64,000 nucleotides of DNA from Planctomycetota bacterium. Its GTDB lineage: Bacteria; Planctomycetota; JAJSAM01; JAJVHW01. The position numbers were made by a program, and so were the translations under genes. The notes beneath the pieces were generated by a model. That model was not told the origin of the DNA and did not search any database. It was given only the letters and a program-made list of their open reading frames with translations. Location: contig CBDFJG010000002.1 of assembly GCA_965248445.1 (NCBI GenBank), positions 800,001 through 864,000 of the forward strand. The letters are read 5' to 3'. This document shows positions 20,924-33,334 of this stretch, piece by piece (position 1 is the stretch's first letter; the number at the start of each line of letters is the position of its first letter).

Positions 20924-23236
20924 ATGCGCCGACTCGTGCCGCTGCTCGTCGTCGTGTTCCTGCTCGCCGCAGGCCCCGCCTCGCACGCCAGGCCGTTCAC
21001 CGAGCACCTCATCCCTCTGCAGGACAGGCTCAGCGAGCTACTGGAGGAATTCCTCGAGATTCCCGACGTCTCTCTCGAGAAGCCAGGGCGCCGCCTACGG
21101 GCGAACTACCGGCGCGCGCTGAAGGCGTTCCTGAAGGACTCCAAGGACCTCAAGGGCGACTTGAAGATCCTCAAGGCAGCCGGCAAGCACCTTGGAGTTC
21201 CCCCGGTTCGGTGGACACCCGGGGACTATGATACGGCGGCCTCCGGCCGTCGCCGCCTCTCGAACTCGATGGGCGACAGGTCCTCGATGGAGGAGTGTCG
21301 CCGCTGCGGATTGTAGAAGCCCTCGATGAAGTCGAACACCGCCAACCGCGCTGCGGACTTGGTCGAAAAGCTGGTGCGGTCGATCAACTCGGTCTCGAGC
21401 GTGGCGAAGAAGCTCTCGCACATGGCGTTGTCGTAGGCGTCTCCGACCGATCCCATGGACGGCCTGACGCCCGCTTCTCTGCAGCGCCGCCCGAAGGCGA
21501 GCGACGTGTACTGGCAGCCCTGGTCGGAGTGGTGGACGACTCCGAGGGGCTGGCGCTGGCGCACGGCCATCTCGAGTGCGTCCAGCACGATCTTGGTGTG
21601 GAGCGTCGTGGCCATGGACCAGCCGACGATCCGGCGGCTCCAGACGTCGAGGACGACCGCCAGGTACAGGAACCCCGTCCAGGTCGGCACGTACGTGATG
21701 TCGGCCACCCAGAGCTGATCGGGTGCGTCGGCCGTGAAGTCGCGATCGACCAGGTCGGCGGCCGGCGCCTGACGCTGCGAGCGCTTCGTGGTCTTGGCTC
21801 TCTTGCGGCGGCTCACGCCCTCGATCCCAGCCTGGCGCATGAGGCGCTCGACGCGCTTCCTACCGATGTGGAGGCCCTCGTAGCGCAGCTCGGCATGGAT
21901 GCGCGGTGATCCGTACGTCTGGCGAGAGCGCTCGTGGATCTCGCGGACGCGCTCGGTCAGGGCAGCGTCCTCGCGATCTCTCTTCGAGGGCGCACGGCCG
22001 CGCGATGCGTAGTACCCGCTCCTCGAGACGCCGAGGACCCGACACATGGTGGCCACGTCGTGCTCTGCCTGGTGATCGCTCACGAACCCGAACCCTTCTC
22101 TGGGATCGAGCGCGTCTCCCGAGCGAACCAGGCCGCGGCTTTTTTCAAGATGTCGCGCTCCTCGCGCAGCCGGCGCACATCTCGTCTGAGCTTGCGCAGC
22201 TCATCGCGCTCCGCGGTGGTCAAGCCGTCGTCACGCTCTCCGGCGTCCAGCGCGGCCTGCTTGATCCACTTGCGGATCGTCATCTCCGTCGGCTCGAACT
22301 CGCGGCACAGGCTCATCACGCTCCGGCCGGCGCGGTGCAACTCGACGATCTGGCGCTTGTACTCCTCGTCGTACGGTGGTCTCGATCTGGGCATCTGGAC
22401 ATCCTCCCAACCTCAGTGGTCGGGTGTCCACCGAACCGGGGGAACTCCACCTCGACAAGGCGCGCTTCGTCCCCGGTCCGTTCCCGTTCACGAACGACCC
22501 GGTCCTGCCCGTCCTGGAGAACGCATTCTCGGACATCGCGAAGGTCGTGCAGGACGGAGTCAATGACGCCAGTGTGCTGGCGGACGCGCTCTTGCCGTCG
22601 GGGCTCCAGAACGCCGCGCGTGACCTGTTGAAGAAGGCGCAGAAGAAGATCGACAAGTCGCGCGGGGAGCTCTCGACCGTCAAGCGGGCGAAGTTGCTAT
22701 TACAGGCGAGCAAGAAGAGTGCGGCAGCGCTCCAGCAGGTCCAGAAGGCGCTCAAGAAGGACCCGCGCCATCCGTGCGAGATAGCGGGCACTCCGCCCGG
22801 GCTGTTCGAGTTCACGGTGGACCGCGACCCGAGCGTCAGCCGGACGAACCAGGACGTGGACGCGTTCCGTTTCGACGGCGCGCTCACGCTGAGCGGGTTC
22901 AGCGATAATCCGTTCCGCGAGCCCGACTCGTTCAACCGGCTCAAGATCCTGTTTCAGCTCCACGACGTGCAGACCGTCGCACTGCCCCACGACTACGCGA
23001 TCGACGGCCCCGCCGGCGGCGTGCCCGGCGCCTCCGTGGCCTGGCTCTCGGAGGGCGGGGGCTTCAGCAACCGTGAGTTCGCCAGTGGTACCGTCACACT
23101 GGAGTCCTACGACTTTGCGACGCGGCGAGCATCCGGCAACTTCGACTTCGTCGTCGCTGACCGATTTGGAGACGCGCACGACGTCATCGGGACCTTCGAC
23201 TTCGACTGCTTCAGGGACGCGGGCGTGGACGAGTAG
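20924..23236 (+). pseudogene. Secreted protein gene (350 aa reconstructed) interrupted by IS3
   Basis: Removing the IS and one CCT copy rejoins ..AAGKHL|DKARFV.. in frame; signal peptide present. Confidence 0.85.
21193..22449 (-). mobile_element. IS3-family element copy 2 (OrfA 22080-22394, OrfB 21226-22083)
   Basis: Inverted near-identical copy of 17650-18906; 3-bp TSD CCT. Confidence 0.97.
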
Positions 23237-23353
23237 CGCGCGCGCCGCCGCTACACTCCTGCCCGTGGGCGGACACGAGCGGTTGAGGCGGTGCTGATCG
23301 TGCTCGTTCTCGGGCATGGCGCGCTCTTCAGTTACTACGGCCGTGAGTAGAAG

Positions 23354-23439
23354 ATGAAGCTCACACGCATCCGGCTCGCGCTTCTCCTCTGCGTCGTCCT
23401 CCCCGCGTGCGCCGAGCCACCGCCCGTCGTAGCACCCCA
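23354..23439 (+). pseudogene. 5' fragment of a lipoprotein gene truncated by IS
   Basis: MKLTRIRLALLLCVVLPAC signal/lipobox, ending at the IS terminus. Confidence 0.55.
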
Positions 23440-25081
23440 CCCTCTGTGCCAACGTGGCTGAGACACCGACCCCACGGATGATTACTGTGCAGGGCGGTGG
23501 AGGAACCAGCGATGACGAACAACCACAACACAGCGCCGGGGGAGATCCCGGAGCCGAGGGAGGGCGAGCATAGCGAGCGCGATCGAGGCGGAGGGGGCTC
23601 CCCCGGGGCGCGCGGCCCGGGGGACGTTGGGGTGCGCGACCCCGAGGTCGTGCCGCGCGCCTCGCGGCGGCGCTTTGGCGCCGCGTACAAGCTACGGATC
23701 ATCGAGGCGGCGGACGCGTGCACGAAGCCCGGCGAGATCGGCGCTCTCTTGCGCCGTGAGGGGCTGTACTCCTCGCACTTGTTGACGTGGCGGCGCGCGC
23801 GGGACCAGGGCCAGCTCGAGGCGCTCTCGCCCAAGCGGCGTGGTCCCAAGCCCGATCCGGACCGTGCGCTCAAGAAGCGCAACGAGCAGCTCGAGCGCGA
23901 AGTCGCCCGTCTCGAGAAGCGGCTCGAGACGGCCGAGGTGATCATCGACGTGCAGCGAAAAGTCTCACGGCTGCTGGGCATCGAGATGCCCGAGACGAGC
24001 GGGAGCGACACGTGATTGCGGCGGAGGAGCTGGGGGGACGCGTGGGCGTCGCCCCCGCGTGCCGCGCGCTCGGAGTCACGCGCGCCACGCTCTATCGGCG
24101 CCGAACGGCACGCACGTGCCCCCGGCCCCAGCAGCCGCGCCGGCGCTCGCCGCGCGCCCTCACGATCGACGAGCGTCTTACCGTACTCGCGGTGCTGAGC
24201 GAGGAGCGCTTCTGCGATCTGTCACCGCTTGCGGCGTGGGCGATCCTGCTCGACGAGGGACGCTACCTGTGCTCGGTGCGCACGATGTACCGCATCCTCG
24301 GTGCGGCTGGTGCTGTGCGTGAGCGCCGCAACCAGCTGCGTCATCCCGCGTACAAGAAGCCCGAGCTCCTCGCGACCTCCCCGAACCAGGTCTGGAGCTG
24401 GGACATCACCAAGCTCCGCGGCCCGGTGAAGTGGAGCTACTTCTATCTCTACGTCGTGCTCGACATCTACTCCCGCAACGTCGTGGGCTGGATGCTGGCG
24501 GACTGCGAGAGCGGTGCGCTGGCGACGGCACTCATCGAGCAGTCCTGCGAGAAGCAGGGGATCGCGGCGGAGCAGCTCACGATCCACTCCGATCGGGGGC
24601 CGCCGATGATCAGCAAGCCGGTGGCCTTTCTGCTCGCCGATCTCGGCGTGACGAAGTCGCACAGCCGGCCGTACACGTCGAATGACAATCCGTTTTCCGA
24701 GAGCCAATTCCGCACGCTGAAGTACCGGCCGGACTTCCCAGCGCGCTTCGGCTGCATCGAGGACGCGCGGGCGCACTGCCGCGCCTTTTTCCACTGGTAC
24801 AACCGCGAGCATCGTCACTCGAGTCTCGGGCTGCTGACGCCCGAGACCGTGCACTACGGCCGCGCCGAAGCGGCCGTCGCCGCGCGCTCGGTCGTGCTCG
24901 ATGCCGCGTACGCGGCGCATCCCGAGCGCTTCGTGCGCCGTGCGCCGACGCCGCCGGCTCTGCCGACCGAGACGTGGATCAACCCGCCGGCCCGGGAACT
25001 CGCGGCGCTGGAGACTGCGACACAGGAGGCTGCTCACTAAACTCGAAGACGCGGTGTCTCAAAGTCGTTGACACGTCCCGA
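23440..25081 (+). mobile_element. Second IS3-like element copy 2 (OrfA 23497-24015, OrfB 24012-25040)
   Basis: Same sequence as 19034-20675; no TSD. Confidence 0.92.
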
Positions 25082-25152
25082 GGCGCCCGGTCGCGCATCC
25101 GCAACCACTACATCATCGAGGCCGTTCGCGAGTTCCTCCAGGGGGAGTAGCG

Positions 25153-25509
25153 GTGAACCTGCTCGGGTGGTCGTGGCGCGGGCCCGAGGTCGCGCCGGCG
25201 GCGCCAGACTCAGAGGGCGGCCCGCGCGGGTGGATCTTCATCGCGGTGGCGCTCGCCTACCCTCTCGTCCGCGGACTGAATCCAGACGGCGTCACGCCGT
25301 GGTTCTCCCCGCCGCAGGAGTTGTGGATCGCCGCAACGCTCTTCGGCCTGCTCGCAGCGGAGGCCGCCGCGCGACGCTCCATCCTCAGGCTGCTCGCCTC
25401 GCTCCTGCTCTTCGTCCCGCTCGCGTACGGATGGCTCTGGGTTCTCTCATGGGTGATCGGGATGGTGCTCCCGGTGATGTGGGGAGACGACCCACGACCG
25501 CCTCGGTAA
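25153..25509 (+). CDS. Small membrane protein
   Basis: GGGGGAG RBS; three hydrophobic segments. Confidence 0.6.
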   Translation: MNLLGWSWRGPEVAPAAPDSEGGPRGWIFIAVALAYPLVRGLNPDGVTPWFSPPQELWIAATLFGLLAAEAAARRSILRLLASLLLFVPLAYGWLWVLSWVIGMVLPVMWGDDPRPPR

Positions 25510-25591
25510 GAGGTGAGTAGAAGGGTGAGTAGTCGGTCCTGGCCTCTCTACTCGGCCCTTGTCAATCGCCGCTAAAGCCTTATGGTTGCGG

Positions 25592-25667
<76 letters not shown>

Positions 25668-25812
25668 ACCGGTTCGCGGCGGGCGAGGCTAGCGCGTGCC
25701 GCACGCTCCGGTGAGCGGGGGTCGAGGGTCCCGAGCCTCCGGACCCCGGCGAATCACAAAGCGCCGGGGCGGAATCCGACATGTAGTGAGGGGCACCCTG
25801 CCCCACCGTCCC

Positions 25813-26628
25813 ATGTCCGGTACTCCCCCCACCGTCGGCGCTGCGCGTCCCACCACCGCCCTGCTGGCCGTGTTGGCGATTGGGCTCGTGATCCGGTGCG
25901 TGTTCGTGGACCACCCGTTCGACGCGCGCACCCTCATGGCATGGCGCGAGGCGGACTACGTGCAGCTGGCGCGCAACTTCCTCCGTGAGGACTGGAGCCT
26001 GTTCCATCCGCGGGTCGACTGGCGCGGGAGCACGTCGGGACTGGCCGAGGTCGAACTGCCGCTGATCCCGTGGATCGGCGCACTGCTCTACCGCCTGTTC
26101 GGCTACCACGAGGAGATCCTGCGCGTGCTATCGGCGGCGCTGTCGTGTGGCGCGCTCCTGGCGTTCACGCGACTCTCCCGGCGGCTGCTCGCGCCTGCCG
26201 GCGCGCTGGCTGCGGTGGCGCTCTACGCCGTCAACCCGTTGCTGTTCGGCATCAGCGGCGGCATCCAGCCCGAACCACTGCTGCTCGTGCTGTCTGTGCT
26301 CGCAGCCGACGCCCTGCTGCAGTACGCGGATGCAGCGACGCCGCAACGCCTCCTGATCGCCTGCGCCTGGCTCGGGGCTGCCATGCTGGCGAAGAGCCCG
26401 GCCGTGCACCTTGGTCTATTGACCGCGTTCCTCGTGCTGCGGCACGAAGGACGCATCGCGTTCCGCTCGTGGCACGTGTACGCGGGAGCGGCACTCGCGC
26501 TGCTGCCTCCGCTTGCGTGGTACGCGTGGGCGCATGGGCACTATCTCGACACCGGACTGTCATTCGGCGTGTCGAACGAGACGCACTTGATATCGACCGA
26601 GATGATCCTGCACCCGGGTGGCTGGCTG
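25813..26628 (+). pseudogene. GT-C (ArnT/PMT-like) membrane glycosyltransferase, 3' truncated by IS66
   Basis: WREAD..LARNF motif and multiple TM helices; ends at the IS66 TIR and the remainder is not found. Confidence 0.75.
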
Positions 26629-28128
26629 GTAACCGTTCACCCCTTCGTCGCGAGCCAGGATCCAGATCGTTCGGCCATCGGTCGATCAAGATGTTGTGGG
26701 CGAGCGGCAGGACGAGGATCTGCGGGCGATGGTCGAGGGCCTTCTGGCCTGGATCGAGGAGCTGGAGCGTCGCGAAGCGAAGCATCTGCGCCGCATCGAC
26801 GAGCTCGAGTCGCGTCTGAAGCGTGACTCCCGCAACAGCTCGAGGCCTCCGTCGTCGGACCCGGCGTGGTCCAAGCGCCGTCGCGGCCGAAGGCCGCGTA
26901 GCGGTCGCAAGCAGGGCGGACAGCCGGGCCATGAGGGCACGGCGCGCGAGCTGGTGGATCCGTCCAACGTCGATGAGACCAAGGACCACCGTCCCGACCG
27001 CTGCGACGCGTGCGGACACGACGATCTCGAGCAGGGCATCGGCGATCCGTACCGGCACCAGGTGACGGTGCTCCCGCGCGTGCTCGTCACGGTGCGGGAG
27101 CACCGGCTGCACAAGGCGCGGTGCCGGCGCTGTCGTGCGGTCACGACGGCGGTCCTGCCCGATGGCGTGCCGACCGGGGCCTTCGGTCCGCGGCTGACCA
27201 CACTTGCCGGCGCGCTGCGCGGCGTGTACCGCGTGAGCGTGCGGGAGACGCAGCGGCTGCTCGGTGAGATCTTCGGTGTGAAGATGTCGCTGGGCAAGAT
27301 CAGCGACTGTGAGCGTCGGCTCAGTGACGCTCTGCACTCGTCGTACCTCGAAGCCCTCGGGGCAGTCCGCACGTCGCTGCGAGCCAACGTGGACGAGACG
27401 TCGTGGAAGGAACGGGGCCGGGTGTGCTGGCTGTGGGCGGCGGAGAGCGAGCACGCCACAGCCTTCGGGATCGATCGCCGCCGCAGTGCCAAGGCGAAAG
27501 GGCGGCTGATCGGGCGGCGCTTCGGTGGCACGGTGATCAGCGACCGGATGGGTGCCTACGAGTCACACCCACTTGCCCGCCGCCAGCTCTGCTGGGCGCA
27601 CATCGAGCGCGCCTTCCGTGCGCTGGCCGAAGGCCCGCGAGGACATCGCCGCTTCGGCAACAAGGGCGTCATGATCGCGCAGTCGGTCATGCGCAGCTAC
27701 CGGCTCTTCGGTGAGCACGGCGACCGTGACCGGCTGCAAGGCGAAGCCGCTGTGCTGCGCGGACGGCTCGAGCGACTGATCGCGAACGACGACTCGGCTC
27801 TGGCCAACCATCTGCGCCCCCGCGTGGTCGCCCTCTTCACCTATGCGCGGACCCAGGACGTGAGTCCGACCAACAACGCCGCCGAGCGCGCGGTCCGCAA
27901 AGCGGTGCTCTGGCGCAAGGGCTCCTTCGGAAGCCAGTCCGCTCGCGGACTCCGCTTCGCCGAGCGCGTGTTGACCGCCGCGGCCACGCTGCGACGCCGT
28001 GGCGACCAAGTCTTCGACTTCCTCGCCGACTCGGTCGCCGCGCACCTCACCGGCGCCGACCCGCCCGTCATGGTCCCGCTGCCCCTCGCACGCTGAGGCT
28101 CACACGCTGTCAAGGGGTGAACGGTTAC
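26629..28128 (+). mobile_element. IS66-family element A, single ORF (ISBst12-like); transposase 26696-28096
   Basis: 17-bp TIR GTAACCGTTCACCCCTT; NSSRPPSSD, zinc finger, VDET, QLCWAH, TNNAAER; no TSD. Confidence 0.93.
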
Positions 28129-28487
28129 CGCGCCTCTGCGCGCGCCGGATTCGCCGCCCTCAGCGCGCTACAGGCGCTCTCTGGTGCCGCCTCTCGCGTG
28201 TCGCGGTCGATCTGATCCGCGGCGTCGCCGCGGAACACGTGGCCGGAGTCGAAGGCCGACCGGCCGGCGGACATCTCGCGATGGCCGCGTGAGAGCGGCT
28301 TCTTCAACACGCTGCTAGACGCGTCCGCGTTGGTCCTCGTCCAGCCGCGAGCCTTGTGCAGTATCACGATTGACTCTGCTTTCTCAGTTGAGAGTCTATG
28401 CGAATCGCTCGGAGTGAGAAGAATGAATGGGCGCGTCCACGCGCAACATTCGAGATTGAGCGCTGTTTCGCCACCGGGGGGAGCTAG

Positions 28488-30156
28488 CCGCATCTGTTCA
28501 CGAGACGTCGCGATGACGGTGCTTTCGGAGTCCACAGGGTCAGATCTTGGCCAGGCGAGGGCGGATGCTGTCGTCGTTGCCACAAGGGCAACGCGAGTGA
28601 GCGGCCGAAACGGCGCGGATTCTGCGGTGTGGGCAGACCGTAGGCCGGGCGGTGGTGTGGCGGACGGCGCGGCGGGACGTCAGGTCGGCTTCGGGGATGC
28701 CAGCAGTCGTTGCGCGCAGCGCTCGAAGACGTGCTGCCAGGGCCACGACGAGGACATCGAGACCCAGATCCGGCGCGTCGTGATCCGCACGAGCGCGCCG
28801 ATCTTGAGCAGCCGCAGGCGGATCGTGCCGGCTTGCGCACGCGCCATCTCGGTGCCGGCGAGACCGATGCGTCGCAGCGCACAGGTCAGGACGTAGGCCA
28901 TGGCCGACATGGCCATCCGCACGGCGTTGCCCTGCATCGTGTGCACCGACAGACGGGTGCCGAAGAGCTCGAGCTGCTGCTCCTTGATGCGATTCTCCGC
29001 CTCGCCCCGGGCGCAGTAGAGCTGCTCGTAGAGACGCTTGCTGCTCCAGCTACGAGGCGGCAGATTGGTCACCACGAAGCGGGGATTGCGCTTGCCGCCC
29101 GGCAGGTGCTCGGCCTTGGCGACCACGCGACGCCTCTGGCTCCAGCTCCCCAGCGTGGTCCAGGCAAAGTCGCGAAAGACCCGGGCTGCTCGGCCGGTCT
29201 GCACGGCACGGGCTGCGGCCTCATCGAGCGCGTCTTCGACGTGTCGCTCAAGGCGCTCATTGCGCGCCATGCCCAGCAGGTAGAAGTGGCCGGCGGCCTC
29301 GCACCAGGCCATCAGCTCCTCGCGGCAAAAGCCCGAGTCTGCGCGCACGAGCACCTTGGCCCGGGGCCAGCGGCGCCGCAGACGTAAGACCAGCGCACGG
29401 AGCTCGTCCACGACTCCGCGCGCGGGATCTCTGTCAGCGGTCTGGAGCCGAGCGAGCAAGAGGTGCTCGCCGCAGAAGACGTACAGCGGCAGGTAGCAGT
29501 AGTGCCCGTAGTAGCCGTGGAAGAAGCGGCCCTCCTGCCGGCCGTGCAGCCGCACGTCGGAGTGGTCCAGGTCCAGCACGAGCAGGCCCGGATCCTCCGG
29601 CCCCATGGCCTCGCAGAAGACGTCGCTGAGCACGCTGTCCACGCGCTCCTGGTCCATCTCGATCTTGGCGTAGCGCGTCTGTGCCGTGGCGCCGAGCTGC
29701 GTGGTCTCGAGCCGCGAGAGCGTCGGGTGCGTGGCCAGAGCACCCTCGCGCTTGCCGCACGCCGCGGCAAACAGCGGGTCCTTGCCGACATGGTCGTGGT
29801 CCACCAGATCCTCGTAGCCCGCGCACAGCCCGAAGACCCGCTGACGCAGCATCTGGCCGACCGTGTGCTCGACCCGACGCGGGTCCCGGTGGTCCCCGAA
29901 GCAGCGCGCAAACCGCGAGAGCAGATCGATGCGACGATCGACCCGCTCGAGCAGCAGCACGCCCCCGTCGCTCGTCACGGTACCGGCGTCGAAGCGCGTC
30001 ACCGCGGTGCGTCCACAGATGCCCGCGAAGAGGGTCCCCTGCGGGCTACAGTCTGTCGTCATCGGGCCGGCGCTCCTGTCGGTGCAAGTACTAGCGAGTA
30101 CGAGCACTTAGACAGACGACGGCCCGCTCAGATTCCCGGCTGGTGAACGATTCGGG
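28488..30156 (-). mobile_element. IS1380-family element, intact (transposase 28680-30062)
   Basis: Imperfect TIRs CCCGAATCGTTCAC / CCGCATCTGTTCAC; 4-bp TSD CTAG; TSDGG, RADSGF, RGEAENRIKE. Confidence 0.95.
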
Positions 30157-31515
30157 CTAGTACCGCTCGGTGATGCGGTAGGTTACCCACCAGATCGTCT
30201 TCGAGAGATCCCCCTCCGCCGCCTTCTCGGCCGCCTCCAAGATGGGCACCGCGGGCTCACCTATCATGATCAGCGCCGCCTCGGCTCGCAGCGCCACATC
30301 ACGGTCGTCCGAACTGAGGAGGCCGATGAGCTTCCTCACCGTGGACTCGTCCTGTGGCGGATCGACCAGCGAAACGGCAGTGCCATCGGGGAATCGCAGG
30401 ACGGCCTTCGGATCGGGGGTGATCCGCAGCGTGCAGGCCGCGGGCACCTCGTAGTCGAAGTTCGTGACGCTCAGCTCCCAGTAGCGATCTCCGTTGGCGG
30501 TCAGGTTCCGCTGCATCACCGGCACGAGGAGCGCAAGGAGTTCGCCTTCCTTGGCTTCGACGTACTCGTTCGGGCGGTTCGCCGCTTGCCCGTAGATGCT
30601 CATCGTGACCTCGCCGCCGCGGCTCATCGCCAGCTCCGCGGTGAAGAGGACCGGATCTGAGAACTTGAAGAAGAAGGTCTTCCCCGAAGCGTCCTCTGTG
30701 TCCCCCGCCGTTGCCAGCTCGAACTCGTACGTCCCCGGCGGCGTGATCTCCCACTCGCTCAACCGGAAGGGCACGTCGGGACTGCGGGCGAGCGCGACGG
30801 CGATCTCGCGCAACACGGACGTGAACTCCGGGGTCCACGCCCGGATGTCGGCGTTGATGCCGCAGAGCACGAAGTTCCCCTGGCGCGCGATCGGGGCGTA
30901 TTCAGCGTCGTCCGCCCACCGGGCGATCCCTTCGACCTGCGTGACCAGATGCTCGGTTTTCGGCAGATGCAGCCCCGCGCAGTCCCATGTCGGTGGTCCG
31001 CCCGGGAGTGCGCTCGCTCGAAATGCCACTATCCGCGCATCGGCAAGGTCGTGCGGGACCGATCGCCCGCTCCCGAGTCGGATGGTCGGCTCCGACTCGT
31101 CGGAACTCGCGCCCCCACCGCCTCGGACGTCCAGGCCGATGGACCCGAATGCGACGCCCGCCTCCCGCCCTATCCCAAGGACCCTTCGCCGCTTCAGCGG
31201 CTCGAAGTCGTGATCCCAGAGCAACTCGTCGTCCGTCGTTGACCAGGTCTCGGCGATCCCGCGGATCACGAGGACATCTGCGTCCGCCGCCATCCACGCT
31301 TCCGAGGTCTCGTAGAGCTTGACGGTCGCTTCGCCGCCCTCCGTCAGCATGGCCGCGAGCGCCTCGGTATCGTCAGGGGCTCCCGGGGCGTACCACACCG
31401 CAAAGGATGCAGGCTGCGTCGCCTGCGGCTGCTGCTTCAGGGTGTCTTCATCCCCTCCGCACCCGACCAGAGAGCCGACGACCAGCACCACGACGAGGGT
31501 CCACTTCGCAACCAT
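30157..31515 (-). CDS. Lipoprotein with C-terminal HEAT-like repeat
   Basis: AAGGAAGG RBS before ATG 31515; LVGC lipobox; AEAALIMIGEPAVPIL. Confidence 0.65.
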   Translation of the reverse strand: MVAKWTLVVVLVVGSLVGCGGDEDTLKQQPQATQPASFAVWYAPGAPDDTEALAAMLTEGGEATVKLYETSEAWMAADADVLVIRGIAETWSTTDDELLWDHDFEPLKRRRVLGIGREAGVAFGSIGLDVRGGGGASSDESEPTIRLGSGRSVPHDLADARIVAFRASALPGGPPTWDCAGLHLPKTEHLVTQVEGIARWADDAEYAPIARQGNFVLCGINADIRAWTPEFTSVLREIAVALARSPDVPFRLSEWEITPPGTYEFELATAGDTEDASGKTFFFKFSDPVLFTAELAMSRGGEVTMSIYGQAANRPNEYVEAKEGELLALLVPVMQRNLTANGDRYWELSVTNFDYEVPAACTLRITPDPKAVLRFPDGTAVSLVDPPQDESTVRKLIGLLSSDDRDVALRAEAALIMIGEPAVPILEAAEKAAEGDLSKTIWWVTYRITERY

Positions 31516-31647
31516 CAATTCGATCCTTCCTTTCACTCGCATCTGTTCGCCCTCCGACGCGTCCCACGTCACCGTCGCTGCGAGCACGGCGACCCCGAGC
31601 CCGTAGAGCACGAGACTCGACACTTCGACCGCGAGCACGGCGGCGCC

Positions 31648-31926
31648 CTACTCCTTGGCTACGCCTGGGCGCCACTTCCACCAATCCCGCGTCCTGCGGT
31701 TGGGTCCGTAGTGCAAGAGCCTCAGCGCGCGACGCCAGCGCCAACAGACGAACGTGATCAGCATCCACAGGGGCGCGAACGCGAGGGCCACGGCGTCCGG
31801 CTTCGAGAGCCACCCTGACGCCAGCGACAGCACCGTGGACGCGGCGAAGAACAGCGCGAGGAACAGCGCGAACCCGATCTCGATCTTCACGCTAACTGGG
31901 ACCTTCTGCTCAGCCATGGCCACCAC
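31648..31926 (-). CDS. Small membrane protein
   Basis: Two TM segments; abuts upstream gene. Confidence 0.55.
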   Translation of the reverse strand: MVAMAEQKVPVSVKIEIGFALFLALFFAASTVLSLASGWLSKPDAVALAFAPLWMLITFVCWRWRRALRLLHYGPNRRTRDWWKWRPGVAKE

Positions 31927-31927
31927 C

Positions 31928-33334
31928 CTAGTCGGTGAAGAACTTCGCCGTCCCTCGCGTCGCCCGGCTCAGCTTGCGCAGGAACTTCAGCCGTACGCCG
32001 ATGCCGATCGTGTTGATCTTCATGTTGTTGCGCCGCGACATGTGCAGAGCGGCTTCGAGGATGCTGTCGGGATCGACGATGTCCCCCACCGACGGCGCGC
32101 CATCGGTCACGAGATAGAGCACGTCCGGAGCGCCCTTCTTGCCCTTCAGGTTGAACGCCCTGGAGATCGCGCCCCAGGTGTCGGTCCGGCCGGCGGGGCG
32201 CAACTTCCGCAGCATCTCGATCGCGCGCTGCCGGTTCGGCTGGTTCGCCTCGACGAGCTTCCCCATCCACGAACTCGACTCTTCGCCGAACAGGATGACC
32301 TCGAACTGCTGGTGCTCCCTCAGCCCCGAGATGAGCAGGATCGCCTGCTCGCGGGCGAGGTCGAAGCGCGTCTTGATGCGCCACCACGGGAGATCGTACG
32401 CGCGCTCGTCGTCGCCCTTCTCCTCGTCACCGTCGTCCGCCTCAGCTGCGTCGCGGTCGCGACGACGACGCGACGACTCACGGCGCAGGCGGTCGATGTC
32501 CAGCTCGATGCGCTCAGCCATCGACTTCGACGTGTCGATCGCGAGCACGATGCGGTTGGAGGTCACCTCCAGCCCGTAATAGTGCAGGGGCGCGGGTGCG
32601 TAGCGGTCGTCGGCCGGATCCACGGCCGGAACGTCGCTCCGCGGACCGAGGTAGGCCTGCCACTTCTCCAGGTCTGTGCCGTAGCGCTGACCTGTGATCT
32701 TGCGCAGGGCCTCGGCCGTGTCGGTCTTCAGTCGACCGGAGACCCACTCGAGAAACGCGACCAGGCGCGGGACGGCGACCTGCCGCTCGCTCTTGTCACC
32801 GAGCCGTGCGATCGAACCGAGAGCAGCGGACTGCACTTGCCAGTTGCGATCGTCCAGCGCACCGAGCAGCGGCTCCATCGCGTCGGTCGATCGATGCTGC
32901 CCCAATCCGTACGCGGCCATCGCGCGGACGAGGGCCTCCTTGTCCTTGAGCATGCCCAGCAGCGCGGCGTGAGACGGCGTCGCGCGGAGCTTCGCCATCG
33001 CTTCGACGTACACCAGGCGACGCGCAACCGGCCCCGACAGGGAGCGCTTGACGATCTCCTCGATGACCTTGTCGTCTTTGACGGTCTGCAGTACGCGAAC
33101 GGCGCTCGCGATCACGTCCGCGCGCTTCTCCTTGGGGAGCACCGACTTCGAGATGACGCGCAGCTTCACCGCGTCGTCGGCGTCCATGAGCAGCGCCACG
33201 GCCTCGGCCCGATGCGCACCGTCAGGCGACGCGTACCGCTCGCTGAACGTCGGCGGGTCCTGGGACGGCGCTGCATGGCCAGGTGCGCACCACAGCGTCG
33301 CTGCGACGACGAGAAGCAGGGTCGCGCGCGTCAC
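31928..33334 (-). CDS. Exported HEAT-repeat plus VWA domain protein
   Basis: HEAT repeats; MIDAS motif IDTSKSM..T..LVTDG. Confidence 0.85.
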   Translation of the reverse strand: MTRATLLLVVAATLWCAPGHAAPSQDPPTFSERYASPDGAHRAEAVALLMDADDAVKLRVISKSVLPKEKRADVIASAVRVLQTVKDDKVIEEIVKRSLSGPVARRLVYVEAMAKLRATPSHAALLGMLKDKEALVRAMAAYGLGQHRSTDAMEPLLGALDDRNWQVQSAALGSIARLGDKSERQVAVPRLVAFLEWVSGRLKTDTAEALRKITGQRYGTDLEKWQAYLGPRSDVPAVDPADDRYAPAPLHYYGLEVTSNRIVLAIDTSKSMAERIELDIDRLRRESSRRRRDRDAAEADDGDEEKGDDERAYDLPWWRIKTRFDLAREQAILLISGLREHQQFEVILFGEESSSWMGKLVEANQPNRQRAIEMLRKLRPAGRTDTWGAISRAFNLKGKKGAPDVLYLVTDGAPSVGDIVDPDSILEAALHMSRRNNMKINTIGIGVRLKFLRKLSRATRGTAKFFTD

